From: Marsupella aquatica
Taxonomy: Eukaryota; Plantae; Marchantiophyta
Assembly: GCA_973895155.1 (NCBI GenBank)
Contig: OZ316893.1
Location: 15,282,645 to 15,346,644, forward strand
DNA length: 64,000 nt
Reading direction: 5' to 3'
Part shown: in pieces, positions 25,658 through 36,886 of the stretch
How positions within the stretch are numbered: the first letter of the stretch is position 1
How the letters are laid out: each line of letters opens with the position of its first letter
Notes under the pieces: generated by a model
Databases searched by the model: none
What the model was told of the DNA's origin: nothing
Seen by the model: the letters and a program-made list of their open reading frames with translations, nothing else
Position numbers and translations under genes: made by a program

Positions 25658-28600
25658 ATGGGTTTTCGTTCGAATCTCGTGCTCCGCAGCAATTGCAGGC
25701 CCGGATTGGGATTGGGATTGCCAGAGAAGATGCTGTGCTCTTGCCCTGGACAGAATGCTGCCGCATCATCATCCTCGTCATCATTCCGAAGGCTTGGCTT
25801 ATGTTTGGGCCCAAGTTCACGTGTTCCATTTGCTAGACTCCCAGAAAGGCAGCAATTCTTTGAGAGAGGAAACGAAGCAGCTAATCTGAATGTGCATGGT
25901 TTGAAATCCGGTGACTTCTCCCAACTCCGCAAGCTGAAGGTCTCTCGAGCAGCTAGTGCAGCGGAGGTCGAGGGGACGGAGGAGAAGAAGGGGAAGAAAC
26001 CCTCTGAACGGAAAAGAGGAGGTTCCGCATTCAAATGCTTATCTCAAATTGCAACAGCTTACAATCAGATTGTCATTCTTGAAGCCCGGGAGATGTCATC
26101 CTCACAGTATGCAGGGAGCCGTGTGCTTCTTCTGGACAACTCCGGTGCGTGCCCTAGGTGTCGGTGCTTTTCATTTGAAGACATGTAATCTGGAGAGGTG
26201 GAAAATGAAACTGGTTGTTTTGTTTTCTGCAGGAAATGTTCACAGTATTTATAATCGCGACTCCGTATGGACGGGCCTCTACTGGGTGTGCCCCTCTTTT
26301 GTGTTCAAATTTGCATGAAAATCTCTTGGACATCAAGTATAGTGTCCGCCATTGAGTTGCAAATATCACTCAGTTTGTCCCACATGAGGACCAGGCTTGT
26401 CTTGCAAAGTTCATGAAGGAAATATCTTAATAGCGAAAGTAAACCTGTACAAAGTTTTTGTGCCACCTGAGCAGAACTTTCCCTTGCCAATTTACACCTA
26501 GGGTTAGCTTTTCTCATCTCTGCACCTTTGCGTTCCTCGTACTTGCTGTCCCCTATCCTCATTTGAGAGCTGCGGACTTTGCAAATCATTTGTCCGTTTA
26601 TTTGATTCCGTCTCCTGCAGTTCATGGACTTCAGTTTCAAATATCACAAGTTTATGGGCAGAAGTTGCTGACAAACTACTTCTTTGATTATTTCGCATAA
26701 ACAGGATGAGTTCGCATCTCTCCCTGCTGTCATCCCGGAAGGGCCTGTGGCACTACTCGGTCTGGTATGCATCACTTTTCTGGTTTCTGACAGAGTTGAT
26801 TCCACGTTACTGACTTGAGTTAACAGTGATGCTCGTAAAAGTGATGATCGTAGTGATGATCGTTGATGCTCATTTTAAGTTGACGCTGAAACCATCTCAA
26901 TTTCATTGATACCGTTGATTCTTCTCCATTTAGAACCACAGTGCTCAATGTCGTGAAAAGTTCTGCCTGCTGAAGATGTTTCACAGAGCTCTGTATTCAA
27001 AGTCTTGGTGTTGCTTTTGCTCACTTTCACTGCTCAAGGACTGGAGTTTTTAAACGTCTGAAATATGTGAACTCATTTCAGGGTGGTGGTACGGCTGCAC
27101 GCCTTCTTCTAAAGTTATGGCCATTTCTACAAGTGGAAGGTTATGAGATTGACGAAATTGTATGTATGTCGATGAACACCTTTGGAAGCTCATATAATTG
27201 GTATTGCACCAGCCAAGAATGTCAGTCGAAAATACATGTCGCAAATACTTATCTACCTTCGCTATCATAGTTAACCCAACCGTTGTGCTTGTAGTGCCTC
27301 CTCCATCAACATAAGAAGTGGAGCTTATTGTCATTTCTCTGCCGCACAAATGCATGAAAGGTCTTTGGATGTGAATTCTACATCGAGCTTCTTTTTGTTA
27401 ATCTGAAGAAATTGTTTATATGGATATCTGTCGCAGCTGGTGGAGCAAGCACGTCTGCATTTAGGGTTGTCTGAATTGGAGATACCAACTAATGACGGCG
27501 GCTGCCTTACTATCCACGTTGGTGATGCTTTGTCTCCTTTGGCTGCTGTTGATGGTGGATTCGCTGGTAGGGTGGCTCGACACTATCTCTGCTTTCAAAG
27601 AAGTTGCACTTTTGATTAGTTTGATTATTGTGAAGACTTGACATTATCAATCCGACAATTTGAGTGTCCCGACTAAAAAGCAGCATTAATCTAGGATTAA
27701 GAACTCTTTCTGCATGCCAAGTAGGTGCTCAGTCTTAGCTTGGGCTTTCTCATCTTATTTCTTCTAACGATGATACCCAAAAGTATTCTTTGACCAGAAG
27801 AACTTTGAAAATCTTGCAGGAATCATAGTGGATCTTTTCTCTGAAGGTGAAGTTATTGAAGAACTTCAAGAGGTATGTGCCAAGGCTTCGTTGTGAGGGG
27901 TGGGATGTTTCAGTGAGAAATCAATCTGCTACGATTCGTGAGAAAAGTGCGGAGAGAACATGATCTTAGCCCCAATCGTATCTCTGCTGTATGCTGAGCG
28001 ATCTTGTGAGGGACTTCAGGACTTACCTGTGGAGGCTGATTGCTTATTGCCGTTTTAGCTGAAGATGTCGTCTGTGCTTAGATACCTTGTAGCTGTGACA
28101 GAATGTGGAAAAGTTTTTGCAGGCAAAGACGTGGTTGAATCTACAAAAGAAGCTGAGGCCTGGGGGGCGAATTTTGGTCAACTGCGGAGGGATTTGCGTA
28201 GAGAAAGGCGACCCTAAGACCAATATGGATGATGGCACATGGACGTGGGAAGACGGTGGAGCTACTAAAGATGCAACTCTCTTGGCCATGGCTGCAGCTT
28301 TTCAGGGCCAGGTAAGACCTGCTGACAAGAAAGTATCCAGCTACTCAGCTATTTCCGCTAGGTTAGTGTTCTTTTCTCAGTTAAAAGCAAGCTGTGGTGA
28401 TTGATGGATGTCTACGCCACCATGTTGGCTCTAATTCTACCAAGAAAGATAAGCATGTTTACGATTTTTGGTCCTTAGGATTTGGGTCAAGTCTTTATGA
28501 ATCTGGCGTCAATGTTTGGGTCCTTCATCGACTGTGATCAAAAGATCTTGTTTAGAAGACTTCGTGAGCAGCAAAGCTTGTCTGTAATCATGTGAAAGGT

Positions 28601-28857
28601 CTCATAAGGTTGGATAGATAATATTCGCGCCATATTTAATTATGCTCCATAGCACCATAGCGTGGAGCCTCAGGGATAATTACAACTGCGGAAGTGTCTA
28701 ACCTGAATGTTGGTATCAGCTAAACTGGAGGACGATGGACTCAGAAGCAGACAACTGCTTGGCATTGTCAGGACCTCTTCCAGATCTCGAGGCCTGGGCA
28801 GCAGCTGTGCCCGAGAGGTTGAAGGAAGGGATCACCAGTTGGAGACCGTATAGGTGA
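25658..28857 (+). CDS. SAM-dependent methyltransferase, spermidine-synthase-like fold (resembles Arabidopsis At5g63100 family), 8 exons, about 395 aa, with a Ser/Arg-rich transit-peptide-like N-terminus
   Basis: Exons 25658-26144, 26233-26285, 26705-26764, 27082-27159, 27437-27566, 27820-27872, 28123-28311 and 28720-28857 sum to 1188 nt in frame. Motifs: RVLLLD.SGNVHSIY, WTGLYWDEFASLP, SAM motif I LLGLGGGTAA, GYEIDE, HVGDA, GIIVDLF, LRPGGRILVNCGG. The start codon is uncertain. Confidence 0.9.
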
Positions 28858-31174
28858 TTGCAACATGCTTCTATGACGATTTTTCAAGGTCAGCATTATT
28901 CATTTGGTTCAAAATGGGAACGCGAAGCGATATAGTCCAGATGGAATGTGGATTCCATGTTCTTAGAGCTTTTAATCGTTCTACTCAGTGACCAATGTAC
29001 AATATGCAGACGAGGCTCCGTGCGTTGCTTACTGTGTCACTAGAATATACGGCTTTTTATAGGAAACAGCTGCTGCAAGGCTTGAGCTTAAGCTTCTTCT
29101 GTTCTAGACGATAACGGCAGTCTAGCGCACTTTGTGATCTAGCCAATTATTCATCTTTAGTTGGAAGCTCTAACCCCCCGTCCCATATTTAGGTAAATGT
29201 ACTTAGTCTTCTACTACGTAGGTGGCCTTGGGACCGTTGTAAATTATCTTTCTTTTGTCGTCGTCAACACAAGAAGTTGTCTGCCTTGATCTTCTAGTGC
29301 AGAGTTTAGCTCAATACTTAATCCACAAATAAAGACAACTGTAAGGCCTTTGGTTTCGAATGTGTGCAGTGTATTTGTATAAACTCCATTTATTAGCGAC
29401 AAAAGTAAAAGCTTCGGTACCCAAACCACAGGTGTAAGTACAATTTCCACCACAACTAACAGATGGCTAGAAGACCTCGGTTCCACATATTCTAGAGCAC
29501 ACAAGCGTAAGCTCTAGCAACGCTGTGATGCCAAAGACATGGAATTTCAGTACTTCAATTTCGATAGAAAAACACATTCAAAGGATGAAAGTCCAATTTC
29601 TTGCTGAGTCATAAATTGTTCCTTTGCCTTTGTTGTGTGCATGAAAGCGATGAAGTGCATTTCTTGATAAGTATTCCATCAGTAATGTATTTTGGATTCA
29701 GAATATTCCTTTGCATGACACTAGAAGAAAAAAATTCAGTTGTGTAAAGCCAATATATGGGTGTTGATAGTCTGTCATCGCCAGGAGCACTCATCAGGAT
29801 ATGGTATACTCAACAGCTGCATACGTGGAGCCGGGATAGTTCCTCCCCCTAGCTTTGAGAGAAGTCTCAATCTCATTTCAATGAGAGAGTACTGTTCAGA
29901 CCTAGGAGAGCAACGTGAACTGCTTAACGCTCAGCCGACCTGTCTCCAGCAAAATCTGCAAAGCCAGACAAAGAATAGTGAGAGATGTAAAAATGTGCCC
30001 GCAGTCTACACGGTTGGCGCTCAACAACTGAGCTATAAAGACAACCCAATCATTGCGCTTGAAAACAATCTATTTATGTGCAGCTAGTCTTCCTCAAGAT
30101 TTCGGATTAGAATAATTCAGATCAGGTCCATCACTGAATTTTGTTGTGAAATCTGAGTGAATTTGTTCTTCTGAACCTAACTTACAGATCAACAGCTCAG
30201 GACTGTGTATCATTGATCGTGCACGGAACTCCGACCAAGTGAGTGTTTGGCTTAGTGACTAGTTTATGAGATTGTACCAGAGTGCCAGAAAATCTTAATG
30301 ACTATTTAGCACGACGAGCTTCTTGACACGAGTGGAAGGCAAGGCTTTGCAACATCCAGGTGGTGGGTTCTAGGAATATCAAATTTTGGAGAACATACAA
30401 TATCAGTCCAGTCACACGCCAAGTTATGCCATCATTTTGCTGTGAAGATCAGCCTTCCCCTCAGTATTGATCTGCATCTGTATCGATATGACCTGGATAT
30501 CCCTCCATCAGATTATCTGTAGGGTAGGTAACATGGTAATACAAAATCCAGTTGCTGTTGATTGATGAGTTTCGCTTGTACATGAACCCTCAAGGGAGGG
30601 AGAGTGCTAACTGTATGTCGTTACGACAACATTATATCTCATGGCGAGTGCACCTTTTTCTGGCACGAAAGAAACTCACAAGTTTATTGAGAATCATCGG
30701 TAGTGTGTACATGTGCGTAGCACAAGGACCAGGGACTAGACCAATACAATATAGAGTAGAAGCAAAGAAGCAATTTTTTCTTCCAAAACATCTCCCATAG
30801 CACAGCGTACAAAAATAGAAAACAATCCACAAAGAAAGCCTAACAAACCAATAAGGTAACAGCGTATATAATAACAGGTGGGGTCAGTAATGTGACAGTC
30901 TGCAAGGAAAATTCTCAGACTTATCAGCAAGAACAACCCCTAGAAGATGGTGGGATAAATGAAGTACAGAAGGAGCAACAAATAGTAAGGAAGAGTAATG
31001 TAAGGAAGAGTTACTGAAGCAGTGTAGCAAAAGGGAATGCCAGCAATCCAATGTTGTTTTGAAGTGGTAGAGGACCAAGGGGTGGCTGCCCCCATATGTA
31101 GATGAAGGATTTGAGTAGGCAAGTTTGGATATGCTTAGTAGACCCCCTTCTGGAAAAAGTTTGCTTGATCAACC

Positions 31175-31577
31175 TGTTGAGCATAGATGACGATCGCAAC
31201 GGCAAGCCCATGAACCATCAAACGCACAATAGTCGACACAAGAGATACGTGGTTCACCTCCTTGAGGCTACGTCCACGGGAACACACAAGAGAGCTTTAC
31301 TGAACTCTAAGCCCGTCGGCTATACCGAGTCTCCATAGTGTAAGCTCTCCCTATCTCTCAAGTGGCTCCATAACAATGAGCCTTGGTTCTACCTCTCCAA
31401 GCACACATGCCTCTTATGATATAGTGTGCAACTTAGTTGTACCTAACCACATAGTTGTACCTAATCACGTAGTTGTACCTAACCACATAGTTGTACCTAA
31501 TCACGTAGTTGTACCAACCCACGTTGTTGTACCAACCACGTCATACCTAACCTAGACGTAAGAGTAAATACCCAACA
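31175..31577 (-). repeat. 3' LTR of the copia element
   Basis: Direct repeat of 36484-36886, adjacent to the PPT, with the 19-bp tandem array at about 31434-31540. Confidence 0.97.
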
Positions 31578-31767
31578 ATCTTCCCCTTGACTCTGGTCTA
31601 GGGGAGAGTAATACTGCCAATGTATATGATCCCTCAGCGGGAAGTTCTGGACAAAAACCAAACCGGTTTCCCTCTCTAACTAGAGCAAACTAGAACTAAG
31701 CCGTAGCCTAATACATAGGAATGAGGAAGAGCATATATCAATAATTACAATGAATGTTAAGAAAACT

Positions 31768-34700
31768 CTACTTGTGATGCAATTGCAAAACCTGCAATAC
31801 GTCACGGTGTCTAGAGAAACTCTCCAAAGGAATCACTTTGGTAAATGCGTCAGCCGGGTTGAGTTTACCATCAATCTTGACTAGCTCAAACAAATTATCA
31901 GACACAACCTGCCTGATAAAATGGTACCTAACGTCAATGTGCTTCACTCTGCTGTCCATCACCTGGTTCACAGCAAGGTGGAGCGCACTTTGACTATCAC
32001 AATGGAGCTTCACATTCCCCTGTGGCAATCCCATTTCAATGATAAGTCTATCCAATCAAATTGCTTCCTTTGCTGCTTCCGCAGCTGCAACATACTCCGC
32101 TTCTGTAGTAGACTGAGCAATACACTTCTGCAAAGTAGACCTCCAACTTATGCATCCACCGCCAAGTATGAACACATATCCTGTTGTTGATCTCCTTCGG
32201 TCCAAATCTTGTCCATAGTCAGAATCAACATAGCCAATCAATGATTTAGCATTCTTTGCATTCGCATCAAATAAAAGACCATGATCCACGGTACCCTTCA
32301 AGTACCTGATAATCCACTTCACTGCTTCCCAGTGTACCTTCCCTGGATTCGACATGTACCTGCTCACCTTGCCCATAGCCATGGCAAGATCAGGTCTAGT
32401 GCAAGTCATCAAATACATGAGACTCCCCACTGCCTTGTCATACGGAACCTTTGACATCAACCCCTTCTCTGTGTCATCCGTAGGACAGAACGCTGATGAT
32501 AACTTGAAGTGTGGAGCCAACGGGGTACTTACTGGCTTGCTATTCCCCATGTTGAACCTTGCAATTACCTTCCTCGCATAACTGCTCTGCGTCAACCATA
32601 GCTTGCCAGTCTCCAAGTCCCTAGTGATCTCCATACCCAAAATCCTCTTAACTGACCCTAAGTCCTTCATCTTAAACTCTGCACTAAGCAGTGCCTTGAG
32701 CTTAACAATCTCAGACCTATCCTTGGCTGCAATTAGCATATCATCCACACAAAGTACTAAAACAATGAACCCAAAGACAACATTCTTTATCGGTTTCAAA
32801 TACACACAAGGGTCAAATACACTTCTGTGAAAACCTTGTGACCGAATCCAATCGTCAAACCGCTTGTTCCACTGTCTTGGTGACTGCTTCAACCCATACA
32901 AGGATTTCAGCAATCTGCAAACCAATTCCTCCTGTCCTCTCTTCACAAAACCTAGCGGTTGTCTCATGAAGATCACCTCTTCCAATGTGCCATAGAGGAA
33001 AGCTGTGACAACATCCATCTGATCTAGCAGCAGACCAAACATTACAACAAGTACACACAATAGTCGTATTGTAGAGTACTTAGCAACTGGTGAGAAGACC
33101 TCATTGTAATCCACACCTTTCTCTTGTGTGAATCTCTTTGCTACCAATCTAGCCTTGTAGACCTTCGATCCACCTCCTATGGAATTATCCTTCAGCTTGT
33201 AAATCCACTTGCTGTCCACCACTTGCTGACCCTTAGGCAGCTTAACAAGCTCCCAAGTTTTGTTGTCCTTTAGTGACTGCATCTCCGTTTGCATTGCTGC
33301 AGTCCACTTCTGCTTCTCCTTTGAAGCACTTGCCTCATGAAATGAAGAAGGTTCCCCTTCTTCCAAAATTAACGCACCACCCTCATCATCAGCTGTAAAA
33401 TCATCCTCTTGCAGTTGAGATGAATCAACCCACTGTCCATACCTTGGTGGAGCGCGTACAGTGCGACCAGATGTTCTTCTAGCCGATGACTCCGGTTGAT
33501 CTGCGTGTGCTGGTACAATTTGAAGCTCAACAGCATCCACTTGCTGCTCACCAGCATCAACAAACTCCTCTGGTTCCTCTGGCACAGGAACCAGCTCCAT
33601 AATTGGAGCAACTCCTTCTCTCCGGTCATGCACCTCATAACCAATCTCCCCCTCAACGAGATCCGGGATAGGAGATTTTCCTTTGTCAGTACGGGAGACC
33701 TGAGTATTCTCCCCCTCCTTCAATAATCTGGATTCATTGAAGGAAACATTCCTACTGACAACGAGCTTACAGGCAATAGGATCCCATAGCCTATAGGCTT
33801 TCACACCACTCTGGTACCCAAGAAAAACACATTTCCTGGAGGTAGAATCCAACTTGGTCCTATTCTGCTTCGGTGTGAGAGCATATGCATCACTTCCAAA
33901 AACTACCAAGCCATGATAGTCTGCTTGCCGCTTATAGCGCATCTCAAACGGCGTTTTGAAATTGATAGCACTAGAAGGAGAAAGATTTACCAAATAAGCT
34001 GCGGTATTGACAACTTCTGCCCAAAATTCTTGTGGTAAACCTGATTGGCTCAACATACTCCGTGATCGCTCCAACAGTGTCCGATTGAGCCTCTCAGCGA
34101 CACCATTTTGCTGCGGAGTATAAACTGTGGTGAGATGGCGAGTTATCCCCTGTTCTGAACAGTACTCTTCAAATTCCATTGAAGTGTACTCCCCGCCGTT
34201 GTCTGACCTCAGACTCTTCACCCTTGTATCCAAACACGATCGTGTTTCCAGTCTGATTCTCCACTTCTTAAAAATGGACAAGACATCAGACTTATGCGTC
34301 ATGAAATAAATCCACACAAATCTTGAGTAATCATCAATAAATGATACATAGTACAACTTTCCAGAGTGTGAGGGAGTCGGGGATGGACCCCACACGTCAC
34401 TATGTATGTACTCAAGAACCGCTTTGGAACGATGAGTTCCAACACCAAAAGCACGACGATGCTGCTTTCCAAGAATGCAATGCTCACAAAACTCTAATTT
34501 ACAAGATTGCAAATCAGAAATGAGTCCATTCTTCCGTAAGATAGCCAAACCCTTCTCACTCATGTGGCCTAGCCGTGAATGCCACAGTTGAGTCATCTCC
34601 TCGTGAGACTTGGTTACATTGGCCTCTCCACATACAGTATTGCCCTGTAACACATACAAATTCTTTTGTCTACTCCCCTTCAAAATCACTGTCTCTCCCG

Positions 34701-35025
34701 ACCTGACTTGAAGTTCACCATCAATAACGCTCCATTGATGACCATTTGAATCCAACACACCGAGTGAAATCAGATTCTTACGCATGCCAGGTACATACCT
34801 GACTCCGGACACTGTGCGCACAGCGCCATCAAACATTTGAATCTTCACAGACCCAATTCCCTCAATTTGACAAGAGTGATTATTTCTCATCAGAACTGAA
34901 CCGTTTGAAACAGAGTAAGAACTGAAAAACTCACGAATGTAACAAATATGAAAAGAGCAAGCACAATCAAGAATCCACACATCATCTGCTCTCCTAGATG
35001 ACGTGCACAGGGCATACCCCCGGCT
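31768..35025 (-). pseudogene. pol: Copia Pol (protease, integrase, RT, RNase H) with a premature stop
   Basis: WILDCACSFH (PR); LWHSRLGH/CEHC and HSDVWGP, LRSDNGGEY, QQNGVAER (IN); KARLVAK, QMDVVTAFL, LYGLKQSPRQW, CVDDML (RT; YVDD mutated); KHIDVRYHFIR (RH). In-frame TGA at 32056-58 replaces the W of EAIWL. Confidence 0.92.
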
Positions 35026-35883
35026 TCATAAAACATACTCATCATTGAGTAAATCAACTTCTCCATCAGCCCTAGCCACATTTGCCGATGAAGTTTCCGC
35101 TGCCTTTCCCTTATAGTCTCGCTTGAAGTATCCAACTTGGTTGCACTTCCAACATGTCACCTGCCTCCTCTGAGGGGATTTACCCTTGGACTTAGATCTG
35201 GATTTAGATCTAAACTGGGTTCTACGGTCCCCAGTTGGTCGCTGCATACTCCTCCCACGGTTAACATTGAGGGCAGCACCAGATGATGAAGGCTGTGACG
35301 TGATGTGCATCTTCTGCTGAAGATCATCACTAAGCAGAGAACTTACCACGTCATTGTATGAAATGGTATCCCTATCACGATGCAACAACACTCGTGATAG
35401 GGACTGGTAAGATGGAGGCAATGAACTAAGAAGCTGCAGAGCCTTCGTCTCATCATTCAAAGTCTCCCCAAGGTTTTCCAAGTCAACGACCATGTCGTTG
35501 AAAGCATCCACATGGTCTTGCAACTTCGTACCAGATTCCTTCATCCTGAAACTCATCAGTTTGTAGGAAGTGTAGAGCCGGTTCGACAACTCCTTGCGGT
35601 GATACTTGCTCTGCAATTCCGCAAACAAGGACATGCAATCCTTATGTGCACCCAACTGCTTGATGATGGGAGGCATGAGATAGAGTGTAACACACCACAC
35701 TCCCTGCTCCTGCATGCGGTCCCATTGTTTCTCATCAACATCGTCTTCACGAGGGCTCAGCAGTTGGCCCATCCCTGACGCATAAAGCACTCCCTTCACC
35801 TGCTTCTCCCATAGCAAGTAGTCAGAGCGCCCATCATACTTTGTCACTTCATACTTGGGTCCCCCAAGCTTGAAAGTCCCCAT
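35026..35883 (-). CDS. gag: Copia Gag (UBN2-type), zinc knuckle degenerate
   Basis: MGTFKLGGPKYEVTKYDGRSDYLLW...LLSSLPPSY...CWKCNQVGYFKRDY (CCHC knuckle with H>Y and C>Y). Ends at TGA 35026-35028. The frame stays open upstream to 36117 without an ATG. Confidence 0.85.
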   Translation of the reverse strand: MGTFKLGGPKYEVTKYDGRSDYLLWEKQVKGVLYASGMGQLLSPREDDVDEKQWDRMQEQGVWCVTLYLMPPIIKQLGAHKDCMSLFAELQSKYHRKELSNRLYTSYKLMSFRMKESGTKLQDHVDAFNDMVVDLENLGETLNDETKALQLLSSLPPSYQSLSRVLLHRDRDTISYNDVVSSLLSDDLQQKMHITSQPSSSGAALNVNRGRSMQRPTGDRRTQFRSKSRSKSKGKSPQRRQVTCWKCNQVGYFKRDYKGKAAETSSANVARADGEVDLLNDEYVL

Positions 35884-36483
35884 CTTCTTCTTTGGCACTA
35901 CCGTGAGCTCCGGTAGTAGTACTGCTTCCTCCACCACACGCCGCACCGGTGATGGTATCGGTGTCACGTGCTCTTCCTCCTGCTCCTCTCTCTGCCCCTG
36001 AAACCTCCGCGGTGATCCTCGTGCTTCAAGTTCCACGTCTTCGAAAAACTCCTCCGAATCACTTGTCAACAACGAATGTTGATCAATTGCACTTGGTGCC
36101 GTCACCAAGTCCAACAAGGTAATTGATTTTGCTTAGCCTTCCTCTTTGCATCAAAGAGCCAATCCCGGACTCAAAAACAATCGTCTTGCCTCAATCTCTT
36201 CGTTGAGTCAAAACACTTGACGCTTCTCCCTCCGAGTCGATTGCCAACTTTCTTCACAAAATCCAAAACGACGAAAACTTAGATCTCTCTGCACCACGAG
36301 CTCCGTTCAACGATTTCTTCACACCGTTAGAAAGCTCTTGCCCTGATCTATCCGTTGAGCCCATAAACTCCAAGTTCCATGCGATGGAACTCTGGAAAAT
36401 CCACCAACACTCAACGCTGGAAAAACCGTCATGAAATCCCGTCACGAACACACGTCACCTCCCAAGCATGCTTTGATACCAAT

Positions 36484-36886
36484 TGTTGAGCATAGATGAC
36501 GATCGCAACGGCAAGCCCATGAACCATCCAACGCACAATAGTCGACACAAGAGATACGTGGTTCACCTCCTTGAGGCTACGTCCACGGGAACACACAGGA
36601 GAGCTTTACTGAACTCTAAGCCCGTCGGCTATACCGAGTCTCCATAGTGTAAGCTCTCCCTATCTCTCAAGTGGCTCCATAACAATGAGCCTTGGTTCTA
36701 CCTCTCCAAGCACACATGCCTCTTATGATATAATGTGCAACTTAGTTGTACCTAACCACATAGTTGTACCTAATCACGTAGTTATACCTAACCACATAGT
36801 TGTACCTAATCACGTAGTTGTACCAACCCACGTTGTTGTACCAACCACGTCATACCTAACCTAGACGTAAGAGTAAATACCCAACA
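36484..36886 (-). repeat. 5' LTR of the copia element
   Basis: TGTTGAGC...CCCAACA, adjacent to the PBS; about 99% identical to 31175-31577; contains about six 19-bp TAGTTGTACCTAA(C/T)CAC(A/G) tandem units. Confidence 0.97.

Larger units (their letters stand above)
31175..36886 (-). mobile_element. Full-length Ty1/copia LTR retrotransposon (Tnt1/Tork-like)
   Basis: Two 403-bp LTRs ending TG...CA (31175-31577, 36484-36886) with 4 mismatches; 5-bp TSD CAACC (31170-74, 36887-91); PBS TGGTATCAAAGC (tRNA-iMet type, 36470-81); purine tract next to the 3' LTR (about 31578-31590); domain order gag-PR-IN-RT-RH. Confidence 0.97.

Noticed and set aside
26826-26890. Repeated AGTGATGATCGT in a methyltransferase intron
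   Set aside because: A short slippage repeat; spacing to CTGA is too short and there is no guide sequence.
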